64,000 nt of DNA from Histomonas meleagridis 2922-C6/04-290x. Its lineage: Eukaryota > Protista > Parabasalia. Numbering within the stretch: position 1 is the first letter of the stretch; every line of letters begins with the position of its first letter. Positions 46,080 to 58,180 of this stretch are shown piece after piece. Made by a program: the position numbers and the translations under genes. Location: assembly GCA_020184695.1 (NCBI GenBank), contig JAANOX010000200.1:1-64000 (forward strand), read 5' to 3'. The notes under the pieces were generated by a model. The model saw nothing but the letters and a program-made list of their open reading frames with translations. It was not told where the DNA came from and did no database searches.

Positions 46080-48971
46080 ATGTCTGAAAACACCATGAAA
46101 AACTCAAAAGATGATATCAAATCACAGAGCATCGAAGTCAAATTACTAACGAAGCTTGAACGAATCATTTTTAATTTAAATAAAGAAAATTTTGATTTAT
46201 CAATTGAAAAAACAATGAAATTATTTGACCTAAATTTTCCATATACATATAATTCAAATATTTGCATTTTAGTTTATAGTGCATTTTATTCAAAGAAAAA
46301 TGAGAATGATATTTATATTGATTATCTAGAAACTATTCAAACAAAAGAAGAAGAACTCAATCAAGATAATCCTAAAATTATAGAAATGTTCAAAGATTAT
46401 ATAAGTAAAATTAATTCACAAGAATCATATTATTTAATTGAACAAATGATTGAACGAAATTTAATTGATAAAAGCATTACTGCAAAACTTGCAAAACTTT
46501 CAAACTATTTTTCGCACTATAAAACAGAAGGATGCCGCCAGGAAAATTATAGATGGAATTATAGTGTAACTGAACTTGAGTTTAAAAGAAATTATGAAGA
46601 ACTTTCAAAGAATGATTGGGAACTTCATAAAAAATATGTTAAAGAAGGACATAATCCAAATGAAATTGCAAAAATCATTCGAAATGACGAAATAGAAAAA
46701 CTTCAAGAAATATCATCACAAACAAATTTTAATTTTAATCAAACTATTAAACCATCACTTTATGAAAGATGTTCATTTATTAATAATGGTGAAGTTCCAT
46801 TAATTGATTATGCAGCATTTTTTGGATCTGTTAAATGTTTTAAATTTTTACTTATGAATAATGCAAACATAAATGATACAGGAAAATATGCAGTTGCAGG
46901 TGGAAATGAAGAAATCATTCATTTATGTGAACAAAATCATTCATCATTTGAATATGCATATGGAATCGCAATTAAATTTCATCAAAATAATATTTTTAAA
47001 TATATTTATGAAAATAAAATAGAAAAATTGTATGGATTTGAAGATAATATTATTAGACGTTTTGTTCATTGGGGTGGCAAATTTAATACTTTTTCATCTG
47101 ATATAGTACAAAAAGATATCAATAGTTTGGGATCTTTGTGTATTACAAATGGAAGTTACGAGATTTTTTTGTTTTTAGAAAACTCTTTAGATCTAAAAAT
47201 TAATCAGGATTTGATTGATAAAGCTGCTAAAATTGGGAACTTATATCTTGTTAAATATTTTCTGCAAAAGAATCAAATTCCAAAAGATATTTTGCTTAAA
47301 TCTATAAAATCAAAAAATATTGAACTTGTTAAATATATTTTAGAACAAAATGCAATTGATATTAATGAAAAAGATTTTTATTTGTTGTATTTGATATTTG
47401 TTTTAACGATTTTCTATTTCAAAATAATATTTGGAAATTATTTAAATTTTTTAAAACAGCACTTATGAAAGCATCTAAAAGTGGTTCTATGGAAATAGTT
47501 AAATTACTTCTTGAACAAGAAGGAATTGATATAAATGCTAAAGATATTAATTAGTTTTTTTTAATATTTATTTTAACGATTTTATATTTCAAAATAATAT
47601 TTGGAAATTATGTAAAATATTTTGGACAGCATTTAAGCTGGCGCTTGATAATTGTCATGGCGATATTGCGAAATTACTTCAAGAACAAGGAACTGATATC
47701 ATTTCTAAAGATATTTGTTTGTTTCATTTGATATTTATATGAAAAGTTTATGATTTCATTTTAATATTTGGAAATTATTTAATTTTATTTGTACAGAACT
47801 AATGAAAGCATCTGAATATGGTAATATAGAATTAGTGAAAATGCTTCTTGAACAAGAAGGAACTAATGTTAATGATAAAGATATTTATTTGTTTTAATTG
47901 ATATTTATTTTAATATTTTGAAATTTTAAATTTATATTTGGAAATTGTTTTAAATGTTTTGGACAGCACTTATGTATGCAACAGAAAATGAACAAATAGA
48001 AATAGTTGAATTACTTCTTGAACAAGAAGGAATTGATATTAATGCTAAAGATATTTATTAATATTATTTGTTGTTGTTTTTATTAACTTGATATTTCAAT
48101 TTAAAAATTGGGATATGTTCAAATTATTTAAAACAGTTCTTATGATTGCATCCGAGAAAGGAAACATTGAAATTGTGGAATTACTTCTTGATCAAGAAGG
48201 AATTGATGTTAATGCTCAAGATATTTATTTGTTTTAAATGATATTTATTTTATTTCTTTGATATTTTAAAATAATAATTGGGAATTATTAAAAATATTTT
48301 GGACGGCACTTATCTTAGCATCTTTAGAGGGACTTGATGATATTGTTGAATTACTTCTTGAACAAGAAGGAATTAATATTAATGCTAAAAATATTTATTT
48401 ATTTTATTAAAAGTTTATTTTAACAATTTTGGATTTCAAAATAATATTTGGAAATTATTTAAATTATTTGAAACGGCACTTATCTTAGCATCTAAATATG
48501 GTAATCGTAAAGTGGTTGAATTACTTCTTATGCAAGAAGGAATTGACATTAATGCTAAAGATACATATTTATTATATTTCAAATATATTTTAGTATTTTA
48601 ATATTTCAAAAATAATTTTGAAGATCATTTAAATAATTTGAAACCTCTATTCTCGAAGCTGCCGAAAATTGTCATACAGAAATAGTTAAATTGCTTCTTG
48701 ATCAAGAAGGAATTGATATTAATGAAGATATTTATTTATTTTATTTGGTATTTGTTTTAATGATTTTATATTTCAAAATTTTGTTTGGAAATTATTTAAA
48801 TTATTTTGGACAGCAAAACCAAAGTTTATAACATTTCCATATGAAAAAAGACATAATGAAATAGTTCAATTAATTACTGAAAAAATCTCTAAGAAAAATT
48901 CTGATGATATTGTTCCAACGAACGAAAATAACTCAATGTCTTCAACCGAAATCCAAAATAATAATCTTTGA
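46080..48971 (+). CDS. DUF3447-type ankyrin gene C; 36 17-nt spacers (759 aa after removal)
   Basis: ATG start and DUF3447-like domain; 9 loop blocks each exactly 80 nt. (2892 - 36x17)/3 = 760 codons, ending at TGA 48969-48971. Confidence 0.85.
47376..48806 (+). other. Array of 17-nt spacers separating single codons (locus C)
   Basis: Decoded loops: DDSGK, DNYGW, DDMGC, DDEGW, DVDGK, DDDGW, NKWGE, DQNEE, DGYGW, each followed by T. Confidence 0.92.
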
Positions 48972-49651
48972 TTGAAAAAATTTCATCAGAAAAATATGGA
49001 TCACAAAAATGTTTCTTGTTTGAAACAAATTGACACAAGTACACAAACAAATAATATTATTAACTTGCCAAAATATATTCATATAAATTTATGCTAAAAA
49101 GTCTGAAGAACTTCCACTATTAAGGAAAAGTTTTTTGAAAAATGAAATTAATAAACATTGCTCAAGTTTTTATATTTTGTTCGGCTGTGCAATAAACATT
49201 GCAATTTCTAGAAATACCTTTTGTATTAAATGGTAAAGCAAAGTAGTGTAAGGAAAAAAACCAAAAAATGAACCTTGTTCTTAAAAAAATCGAGCCAATT
49301 TTTTTTATGTTACAGAGGTACCTTAATAAATATAATTTTGTATATTATTTCAAAAAAATTGAATTCGCAAATTCTCAATATTGTTTTTATATAATAAAAT
49401 TTTACTCTATGTTTAATTTTTTTTTCATTTGATATTATTTCGATTGGTTATAAAAAATTCCACAATTGTAGTATTTTAGAATTTGAAGTACCATTAAATA
49501 GAATATAATCAATATTTTGTTTTTTTATCATAGTTTTATCAATTTTTTTCGTACAATCGAGAATTTTTTTTTTCTAAATAATTTCAATGTAAATGTAAAT
49601 ACAGATTGATAACGTTAAAGACGTTAAATAAGTTCACCAATTGAACAAAAA

Positions 49652-50380
49652 ATGGAAGTCGAAGCATCACATGCAGCTGTCTCAGCAATTGCAGCTCTTC
49701 AAGAACGAATTCGTGAACTTGAATTAGAGCAAGAAGAATTAAAAGAAGAACGAGCAAAGCTTTTAAATATTTTAGATGAAAGAGATAACATGCATTCAAT
49801 GAGAGAGGAAGCGCTAAATAAAGCAACTGAAAAAGCCAACCAAATGATTGCCAACATTACAGAAACAATGGATAAAGTACAATATTTCAGAGAAGAAAAT
49901 AAAAATTTAAGAAAGCAAATTGCACAATCAAAAGAAGCGTTGACCAAATCAAGCCCAAAGCAAACATCTCCCAGGTGTTCTAATACAAAACTTAAGGCAG
50001 ATCTTAAGCAAATTAAGCAACGCTTATCAGATTATGAATGCATCTTAGGCGAAATATTAACAACACACCCAAATATGGCAACACTTTCTCATGAAGATTT
50101 AGTGGTTATTTCTCGTGAAACAAATCAGAAAAATTTATCATCGAAGATCAACAAAATTTATCAATCTCTCAATCAACTTCCTAAATCTTTTTCAAGACAG
50201 AAAAATGAAACAAAACGTTTAACACTTCGAACTCTACGTAAGGCTATGTATGCTATATCTGAAATGAGTTTGAAGATCGAGGAGCTTGAAAAGCAAATAA
50301 ATAGAGAAGCAGAGATACAGAAACTGAATATTCAGATCAAAATATTGTCCAACGAAATTACTAAGTTTAGAATTGGATAA
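49652..50380 (+). CDS. Coiled-coil hypothetical protein
   Basis: AISALQERIRELELE... heptads; 242 aa. Confidence 0.6.
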   Translation: MEVEASHAAVSAIAALQERIRELELEQEELKEERAKLLNILDERDNMHSMREEALNKATEKANQMIANITETMDKVQYFREENKNLRKQIAQSKEALTKSSPKQTSPRCSNTKLKADLKQIKQRLSDYECILGEILTTHPNMATLSHEDLVVISRETNQKNLSSKINKIYQSLNQLPKSFSRQKNETKRLTLRTLRKAMYAISEMSLKIEELEKQINREAEIQKLNIQIKILSNEITKFRIG

Positions 50381-50926
50381 CTTTGTTTTTGAAATTTAGT
50401 TTTTAAAATAAAATACAACATTAAGGATCTGTGATAATAGATATTAATCCAGATTGTTATTGCTGGACCTCAACTTAGCGTTGGAGCACGATTGGAAATT
50501 CAATGGTTTATGGAATACCAGAAAAAGTATTATCGGCATATAGAAAGTTCAATTTGATGTCTGGAACCGATAAGTGACAACGTTAAACGTTTTAAATCAC
50601 AAAAGTGTCAAAAAATAATCAATTAAAAAAGTTGAAATTTGTGTAAATCAGAGAGATGTTTATTGGGAAAGAAAAATCATGATTTTATAAAATTAAATTA
50701 AATCAGCGCTTAAGTAAAAAGCTCTTAAATGTAATTAAAGCAATTTTCAAAAAAAAATATGTCATTTGAAAACTTGATTCCGAAATATGACATATACGAT
50801 AACCAAATCTAAAAAAAAGCTCCAATTCAATATTAATTTATTGGTTCGAACCAAAGCGCAATGACACGCTTCAAATCCTTGGAATATTTTGTGACATATA
50901 TATTATGGTATAGTTCTAAATTTGTT

Positions 50927-52138
50927 CTAGATTTCGTACTGCCAGCAGCACACGAGCCCATCCCCGGAGCACGTCAAAAACGAATGATCCTTTGGATGAT
51001 GCTTAATCTGAAAAACGGTATTTTGATGATGTTTTGCGGTGAATAACAACTCACCTTTTTCGTCATCCCATGCTTTAAAGCTTTCGTCCTTTGAGCCCGA
51101 GAATATAATATTTTGTAGGGGAGAATGACAAATCGAAAGAACAGTATCTTCGTGACCGTTTAAGATATGGATACACGACGGTTTTTGATCGTCGACCTTC
51201 CAAATTTTGATGTTTTTGTCGGCAGATGATGTCGCCAAATTACCTGTGAGAGGCGACATCGAAATGTCGTAGAGGAACTGATCATGTGCTTCGAATATAG
51301 TGATTGGATTCTTAAAATCTGAATCATACATTCCGACTTTTCCATCAAGAAATCCAACGAAAATAACCGACTCGTCTATGCTAGAAGCAAGAGAGACGAT
51401 TTTTCCATGTGAATTACTTTTGGCTGTTTGAATTTCATCTGGTCTATGTTTTATTGTTTGTATTAATTCCATCTTTTCTAGATTCCATATGCATAAGTAT
51501 CCATCATTTCCGCCTGAAATTAGGATAGGACGATTCAATAAGAAAAGAAATGAAAATATTTGACCAACATGTCCACTTAATAAAATTGGTTCAAACTTGG
51601 ACTCTGGTGAAAGTACCATGATTGTGCCTTTTGTGTAACTCAAAGCGAGATATTTTGAATCTTTTGAAAATTGAACAACTTTTGAATAAGATTCACGCTT
51701 TGGGAAGTCATTTGGGATAGGCCAATTGCTCAATAGAGCACCATCTTGGTATCTCATCATGAATACTGTTTGGCTGTCAGAATATGCAAAGTATTTCCCA
51801 TCATTTGAGATTGACAATGAGCATACTATGTCATTAAGCCTTATTGAATATCCAAGATTGACTTTTGGCTTTCGCTTCAAATCATTATTTGGAATAATTA
51901 CAAGATTTTTTTGTATTTCATCATCGCCTTTATCAAGTATAACGATGTTTGTTGGTACCGAGTCTGCTATGGGAGGGGTTTGTAAGTAGCAATCAAGAGG
52001 ATTTTTAATTTTATCGTAAACATCTTGAAGAATTTTAGAGTTCTCACCAGGTATGAATTCTCTGGTTGCCACCATAGGGCCTGCTGGAGAATTACTGCTG
52101 TTGGACTGTTCAGACTTTGGACCCTCTTTTCCGTCCAT
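50927..52138 (-). CDS. WD40-repeat protein (Tup1-like)
   Basis: Several GH...WD-type repeats (GHVGQI...LCIWN, AHDQF...IKIWK, GHEDTV...FKAWD). Confidence 0.8.
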   Translation of the reverse strand: MDGKEGPKSEQSNSSNSPAGPMVATREFIPGENSKILQDVYDKIKNPLDCYLQTPPIADSVPTNIVILDKGDDEIQKNLVIIPNNDLKRKPKVNLGYSIRLNDIVCSLSISNDGKYFAYSDSQTVFMMRYQDGALLSNWPIPNDFPKRESYSKVVQFSKDSKYLALSYTKGTIMVLSPESKFEPILLSGHVGQIFSFLFLLNRPILISGGNDGYLCIWNLEKMELIQTIKHRPDEIQTAKSNSHGKIVSLASSIDESVIFVGFLDGKVGMYDSDFKNPITIFEAHDQFLYDISMSPLTGNLATSSADKNIKIWKVDDQKPSCIHILNGHEDTVLSICHSPLQNIIFSGSKDESFKAWDDEKGELLFTAKHHQNTVFQIKHHPKDHSFLTCSGDGLVCCWQYEI

Positions 52139-53224
52139 CAGTTCTGTTGGCTAGTTTGGACCAGGATTGAAAAAGTTAAAGAACCCAGAAATCAAATCAA
52201 GGAATGTAAACTTGTGAATTCGAGTGATAAGGTACAAACCAACAAAAAATTTAACTTTTTCATAGCTGTGTTGCGGTAACGGCTACGACATTAAATCAAG
52301 GAACAAAAGGGACGATCGACCTTACTGATGAATGTGTATTGAAAATTTGAAATGTTTATGACTTGATAATTCAAATCGGGAGCAGTTTTTGATTCCGTTG
52401 GTTTTCGGTTCGTTGGTGGTTTTTGATAAAAACCGTACAATTTTGTTCGCAAAATTGTGGGTTTCAGAAAACTTATCGTTTTTTATGATGGGAGATTCAG
52501 AAACTTCAAATGTTTACCAATCCGAATCTTCCGAGTGCTGACCAATCTTTTTCAGCAAAATCTTGACATTAAAAAATTACCATAGACACCAAAGTTGCGA
52601 TTTATAGAGTGAAATTATTATTATTTTTATATTGATTATTTTAAATTTCTAAAAAATATTATGAGCATGGAAATTACCAATTAAAAACAATATGTAAATC
52701 ATTTACGCATGAAAATAATATCTAGAAAAATATATGAAAATCATCATTTTCAATTACATTAACTCAGATAAAAAAAACTGAATATGTTATAATACATCAT
52801 ACGTCTTTTGCAAAGCAAGTGTATAGCATGAGAAGAAATATGAGAATTTTGAAATTGTATAAATGATTGTTGAACTTTTTATTTCTTATTAAAAGAATTT
52901 CCACCATTTTTCAACCCATTGGGTGGTCTGTTTTAACTTGAATTTACCATAAATATTTTGATATTGAAAATTCATGCATGATGGATTATTCCCCATCGTT
53001 TTTCTATTCGAAGTATTAAGTACAAATCGATGAATACTTGAAGATAAAACCACCAACATCTTAATATTGATGATTTAATCTATCATTTGGCTGTTTTTAA
53101 ATTTTGGTCATTGTCGAAGTATTCAAATTTAAAATTGAATAGTTTACATTATGTTCCGGGCACTTTTTAAAGGCGATTTTTCCTCACAAATTAAAGAATT
53201 TGAACATTCTTTTTACAAGTAAGG

Positions 53225-55933
53225 ATGGAATTTGAAGAAATCCACTTCAACGAAGGTGATACCACATTAGTAGAATATGAAGAAAAATATTGGCAACTTC
53301 GTGAAACAAGAAAAGTTGAATTTTTCCCTGGCGAATTAACTACGGTATCCTTAATTTCAGTTGAAGATCCAGACCTTAAAACTTATCTTAATAATTTGGC
53401 TGTTGATCCGATAATTTCACTTGATTTGGAATGGGATGAAGAACTTTGTCTTTTTCAATTTTGTTCTTCTTCTGGAGTCTTAATTATTCGCCATCCAAAT
53501 GGCCCAGGAAATCAAATTCTAAAGGAGTTTCTCTCCACTCACAAATTTTATGCTAAAGGGGCAGGTAATGATAAAAAGCAATTAGATATGAAATTTGGTG
53601 AAACATTTACAGAAAACATAGAAGATATATCTGTCACTCGTCTTGTTCCTTACCATTATTCAGAGAACTTCATGGATATGACAGTTCAATTTGCAGGAGT
53701 TCCCACAGCAATTTTTAAAGAATTAAAAATTACGAAATCACATTGGTCACAAGAAGTTCTCACCATTCGTCAAGTTTTATATGCTGCATTTGATGTTGTT
53801 TCCTTATTTAAATGTTATCCCAATTTTCCTGCACCAAAAATCAAAAATAAACCCAACAAGCCTACGAAACCACGTGAGCATAAACCAGCCCCTCCTCCTG
53901 GCGTTCCAATTAATACAAAGAAAACCAAAGAGAAGAAGCAGAAGAAAAAGGAGCCCCCCACTGTTGAAAAAGTGGACTTTGTTCAGAATTATCGTATTAA
54001 CCGCTATTGTTACCTTGTCAAGAATTACAAAGGTTCGTTACTTCGGAAAGATCTCCACAAATATGTAGGCCAATCCGACGAAAACATTGAATTCATCTCT
54101 TATTTTCCAAATGGCGATGGAACATATCAGTTATATATTTCACTTCTCAAAGAAATTGACCCTTCAGATGAAATAATACATCTTCCATATGTTGATCCTA
54201 ACCAATTTAATGATAATGATATTCTTTATATTAAAGATATACCATCACGTGTATCATCACGTGATCAAATTGAAAAATTTCTTTATTTATTCGAACGCGA
54301 TCATAACCTTTATTTCCGTGAAAACTTCATCATGATCGAATTCACATCTGCTACCTCACCACATGTATTATCCTGTTTTCTTCCATACATTACAATTGAC
54401 AATGAACAAATGAAAGTATATACATTTCCATATTTCCTCAATGCTGTCTTTGCCATTAATCTTCCATCAACGGCAGACGAAGCATATGTTCGAAATCTTT
54501 TTTCACCATTTGGGCCCGTTAAATGTGTCACTTTTCCTTTGATGCGGGATGAAACCGTTCCGAAATCAGTGGCGGTTTTTTATGCGAGTGAAGATTCACC
54601 TGACAAAGCGATCACGAATCTCAACTTTAAAGAGATTGATGGTAATGAAGTATATGTATCTCGATATACTAAAGGATTACAACTTCGAACCATGCGAAAT
54701 TATCAACTATATTATGAAACAAAAGAAAGTAGTCGCGAAATATATGAAAAGTTTTCAAGTTATGGACCAATACATTTTGCATATTACGACAAAAAGGTTG
54801 GGATAGGAGTTGTCCAATTTTATCATATGTCTGATGCATTTAAAGCTATGGATAACACTACCGCTTATATGAGGAAAGAAGGAACAACGATAATAATGAG
54901 AGAAGTTTCTTGTGCATTCCCCGATGAAGAAGTGATTGAAATGTGTGAGAAATATGGGAAAGTTTTGAGTTTCTTCGTGAGATTAGTAATCCCAAGATTT
55001 CGATATCAAGTCTTGGAGGTTACCTTCACTACACCTGAGGCGGCTTCAAGCGCAAAAGCTGAGTTGGATCACATGGTATTGGATTCGATTCCAATCAATG
55101 TATCGCTGATGAAAGGGAATGGAAATGAGGTGTCAATATGGAAAATGGAGTATAGGTTTAAGTGGATAGCTGTGGATAAGGTAATGGATGAGGTTGAGAT
55201 CTTGGAGAAGTTCCAAAAGTTTGGAGATATTATCGATTTTAACGTTAATTCGGAAAAAACTTTTGTGATGTTTGCTACTGACCAACAGGCTATAGAGGCA
55301 ACCAATCAAACTGGTTACCAAATGCCTACAATCCATGAATATGCATATTTCACACATAATAATTATTTGCAAACAAAGTTCATCAAACCTCACTTGTCTA
55401 CCTTCACAGAATCAGAGGAGAAGAAGGCAATAGTGATGGATCCTGTCCCTGACTCCTTCACAAAGAAGGATTTGGAGGCGATTTGTCCAGGCTGCTTTTA
55501 CGATAGTTTGGTAACCGCTTCAACCGTTGACGGTTGCTCTGAAAAGAGAAGGGTAATTATTTACCCTTTCGGGAAGAGGATGCAAAAGAAAACATACGCA
55601 CTTTTAAGAAGTGCTGTGTTCGACGGTGTATCCTTGAACCCGATGATAATGAATCAAAAAGAAATTCCAAAGTTAAGTGATGTTTCACCAATGACAATTA
55701 ATGTTGATCCTTTACCAGAAGAATTACAAGGATCAAAACTAAGAACAAACGTTCTGATGGATAAAGAAGCGATTGTGGATATCCTTCCATCAATAACAGA
55801 AATTGGACAAAAAATGGCTGTCGTTATGCCAAAGGAAAAAGCTACTTGCAGAACAATACTAAGGTCTTTGAGGAGATGGAGAACGCCAATAGGAACAACA
55901 ATACACGTGGAGAAATTTGATAATGAAAAATAA
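53225..55933 (+). CDS. 3'-5' exonuclease (WRN/EXD-like DEDDy) fused to multiple RRM-like domains
   Basis: SLDLEW (ExoI), GAGNDK (ExoII), SHWS...LTIRQVLYAAFDV (ExoIII); RRM-like segments (LFSPFGPV, KFSSYGPI, CEKYGKV, KFQKFGDI). Confidence 0.75.
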   Translation: MEFEEIHFNEGDTTLVEYEEKYWQLRETRKVEFFPGELTTVSLISVEDPDLKTYLNNLAVDPIISLDLEWDEELCLFQFCSSSGVLIIRHPNGPGNQILKEFLSTHKFYAKGAGNDKKQLDMKFGETFTENIEDISVTRLVPYHYSENFMDMTVQFAGVPTAIFKELKITKSHWSQEVLTIRQVLYAAFDVVSLFKCYPNFPAPKIKNKPNKPTKPREHKPAPPPGVPINTKKTKEKKQKKKEPPTVEKVDFVQNYRINRYCYLVKNYKGSLLRKDLHKYVGQSDENIEFISYFPNGDGTYQLYISLLKEIDPSDEIIHLPYVDPNQFNDNDILYIKDIPSRVSSRDQIEKFLYLFERDHNLYFRENFIMIEFTSATSPHVLSCFLPYITIDNEQMKVYTFPYFLNAVFAINLPSTADEAYVRNLFSPFGPVKCVTFPLMRDETVPKSVAVFYASEDSPDKAITNLNFKEIDGNEVYVSRYTKGLQLRTMRNYQLYYETKESSREIYEKFSSYGPIHFAYYDKKVGIGVVQFYHMSDAFKAMDNTTAYMRKEGTTIIMREVSCAFPDEEVIEMCEKYGKVLSFFVRLVIPRFRYQVLEVTFTTPEAASSAKAELDHMVLDSIPINVSLMKGNGNEVSIWKMEYRFKWIAVDKVMDEVEILEKFQKFGDIIDFNVNSEKTFVMFATDQQAIEATNQTGYQMPTIHEYAYFTHNNYLQTKFIKPHLSTFTESEEKKAIVMDPVPDSFTKKDLEAICPGCFYDSLVTASTVDGCSEKRRVIIYPFGKRMQKKTYALLRSAVFDGVSLNPMIMNQKEIPKLSDVSPMTINVDPLPEELQGSKLRTNVLMDKEAIVDILPSITEIGQKMAVVMPKEKATCRTILRSLRRWRTPIGTTIHVEKFDNEK

Positions 55934-56217
55934 AATTACATGATATATTAATCTAATGTTTTGACTCTTAGGGAATTGCTGTTCATTATTTGAGTAAAAG
56001 TTATTTTTGATTTTACTAAATTTTGTATTCTGATTTTTTTAATTGAATTATATATCATATTATTCTAAGTAAATTGTTTCAATATAAAATCATGAAATTT
56101 CATAATTAATAAATTACTACTTGATATCTTATATACATGTACATAGATATTTGTTGTGAGTATTTTGAATATTTCTTAAACGGCCACTAGATTTTGGGGT
56201 GGTCCTTACATTAAGGA

Positions 56218-57065
56218 TGGAAAAAACATTAATTTGGAAGGAACAGCACTATAAAGTTGAGTTAGAAAAAAATGCACGTGCAGATGAACTCCTCAAAAAA
56301 GCAATTTCTATAACACACTTGAAAGCTAATAGAATCAATATTACTTTTCAAGTAAATGGAAAGAGAATTCCTATAGATCAATCAACACTAATTTCTGAAA
56401 TACCATCTGACGAATTCCTCATTCGTGATTTTGGCCCTCAATTCAGTTACAAAGGAGTTTTTATTTTGGAATACATTGGTCCATTCTTCATTTGGCCTCT
56501 TACAAAAATCTTTCTCAAATCATCACCATCAATGTATTTAACTATTGCTTCTTTGATGTGGACATTCCATTTCACTAAACGCTTATTTGAAACAGTGATG
56601 GTCCATGTATTTTCACATCCAACGATGCCAATTTTCAACTTGTACAAGAACTGTACATTTTATTGGGGTTTTGCTATCATGATTTCTATAGCTGTTGTCA
56701 AGAAATCGTCAAACCCAATCGAACTTGATTATCTTCATTATGCGTCGGTGGTACTTTTCTTTGTCTTTGAGTTTCTTAATGCTTACTGTCACTTGAAGCT
56801 TAGAAGCTTGCGTCCAAAAGGATCAAAAGCATATTATCTTCCAAGAGGATTTCTTTTCGATAAGATCACTTGTCCAAACTACACAGCTGAGATAGCAGGC
56901 TGGTTTTGTTTTGCTGCATTTACACGTGTTTGGATAGCATTTCTATTTCCGATTGTAGGAGGAGCACAAATGTACATATGGGCAACTAAGAAGAAGGCAA
57001 GGCTCGTGAAAGAGTTTCCAGAAGCTGCTCAAAGAGGAAGAATACTCCCATTTAAATCTCTCTAA
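56218..57065 (+). CDS. TECR: Very-long-chain enoyl-CoA reductase (TECR/Tsc13)
   Basis: RDFGPQFSYKGVFILEY, HFTKRLFETVMVHVFS, CPNYTAEI. Confidence 0.9.
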
Positions 57066-57148
57066 TGATATTTTTTGTTGTTTTTATTTGAATTATTTAC
57101 ATGAAAAGTGTGTGTTGTGATCGCCGGCAAAAAAGTGCTTCTTAAAGT

Positions 57149-57850
57149 ATGGAAGAAACAACACAAGAAAGAAATGTTTTTAAAAATATGCAACATGCAA
57201 TTGTTGAAGCAATGAATACTCTTGGACAATCTTCTCCATACGGCGACAATAGTGTTAGAATGAAAGAACTTTTTGCTCATGTAGAAAAGGTTCCAATTCT
57301 TTTAAATGGAAAAGTTGAGGAAGGACCTCATCGATTTTCAACCTTTAATAGTGCTTTGTGTGGACGAAGATCAGCAGCAGAATTATTTGAAAGAGTTGAT
57401 GATCCAAATCGTCAAGGAGCATGGTGGAGATTAAAAATGCCCTATGAAGAAGCACTTGATTTTGCTGTTGAACAAAAGGGATTCAGAAAATTACAGACAA
57501 GAGTTCGTCAAAAATCAGATACCCGTCAAAATAAAGTCTCAAATCAGAACAAGAGCATTGTCACCAACTCATGGAAGAAGACAAAAATCATTGAAATATC
57601 AGATAGAATCAAAGAATTTGCAGCAAAAACATTTGAATTGCATAAAGAAAATCAATTTCTCCAAGAAAAACTTTCAGCATTAACAGATGATGTGACTCAG
57701 TTAAAGCAGATCGTTCCTAAAGAGACGAAGAAAATGTTAGAGATTTACCTTCGTAATGAGGAACAAATGAATCAGCTCAAAAATCAAGTAGAAAATGCTC
57801 AAAAAACTTTGTTCGAGTTAAGTGAACAAGCAATTCAGCTCCAGAGCTGA
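57149..57850 (+). CDS. Hypothetical protein: possible winged-helix N-terminus + coiled coil
   Basis: FNSALCG...LFERV...GAWWRL followed by heptad repeats. Confidence 0.45.
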   Translation: MEETTQERNVFKNMQHAIVEAMNTLGQSSPYGDNSVRMKELFAHVEKVPILLNGKVEEGPHRFSTFNSALCGRRSAAELFERVDDPNRQGAWWRLKMPYEEALDFAVEQKGFRKLQTRVRQKSDTRQNKVSNQNKSIVTNSWKKTKIIEISDRIKEFAAKTFELHKENQFLQEKLSALTDDVTQLKQIVPKETKKMLEIYLRNEEQMNQLKNQVENAQKTLFELSEQAIQLQS

Positions 57851-58180
57851 CTTCGTCTCCATAACTCTTCGCATGTTAATTTCTAAACTGTTTTTTTATA
57901 ACACATCATTTATAACACTTTACAACAATACAAAAATTGAATAGGAAAATTTCCCTATCGTCCAGACACTTCACATTTTCAAAAAAATATTTTCCATCCT
58001 AAGCAAAATGCAAATAGTGTCTCAAGTCACTAACACACACATAATCTTTGATAAAGTATAATCCAAATATGCAATTTCGCGTTTTCATTCACTTCGCCGA
58101 AGATAAAAGTTCTTTTATCCAAATCGTTCACATTCACAAAACTTCGTTCGTTTACAGTATCGCTCCAAACGTTTTACTGT

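Noticed and set aside
47376-48806. 170-nt repeat array as CRISPR or a non-coding satellite
   Set aside because: The conserved part encodes ankyrin helices in frame with synonymous variation; the context is eukaryotic and there are no cas genes.
22868-48971. Stop-codon reassignment to explain the broken ankyrin ORFs
   Set aside because: Blocks shift frame (80 nt), and ordinary genes in the window end normally at TAA, TAG or TGA.
40478-55933. La protein or exonuclease-RRM gene as the machinery for spacer removal
   Set aside because: Proximity alone is not evidence in a eukaryotic genome without operons.
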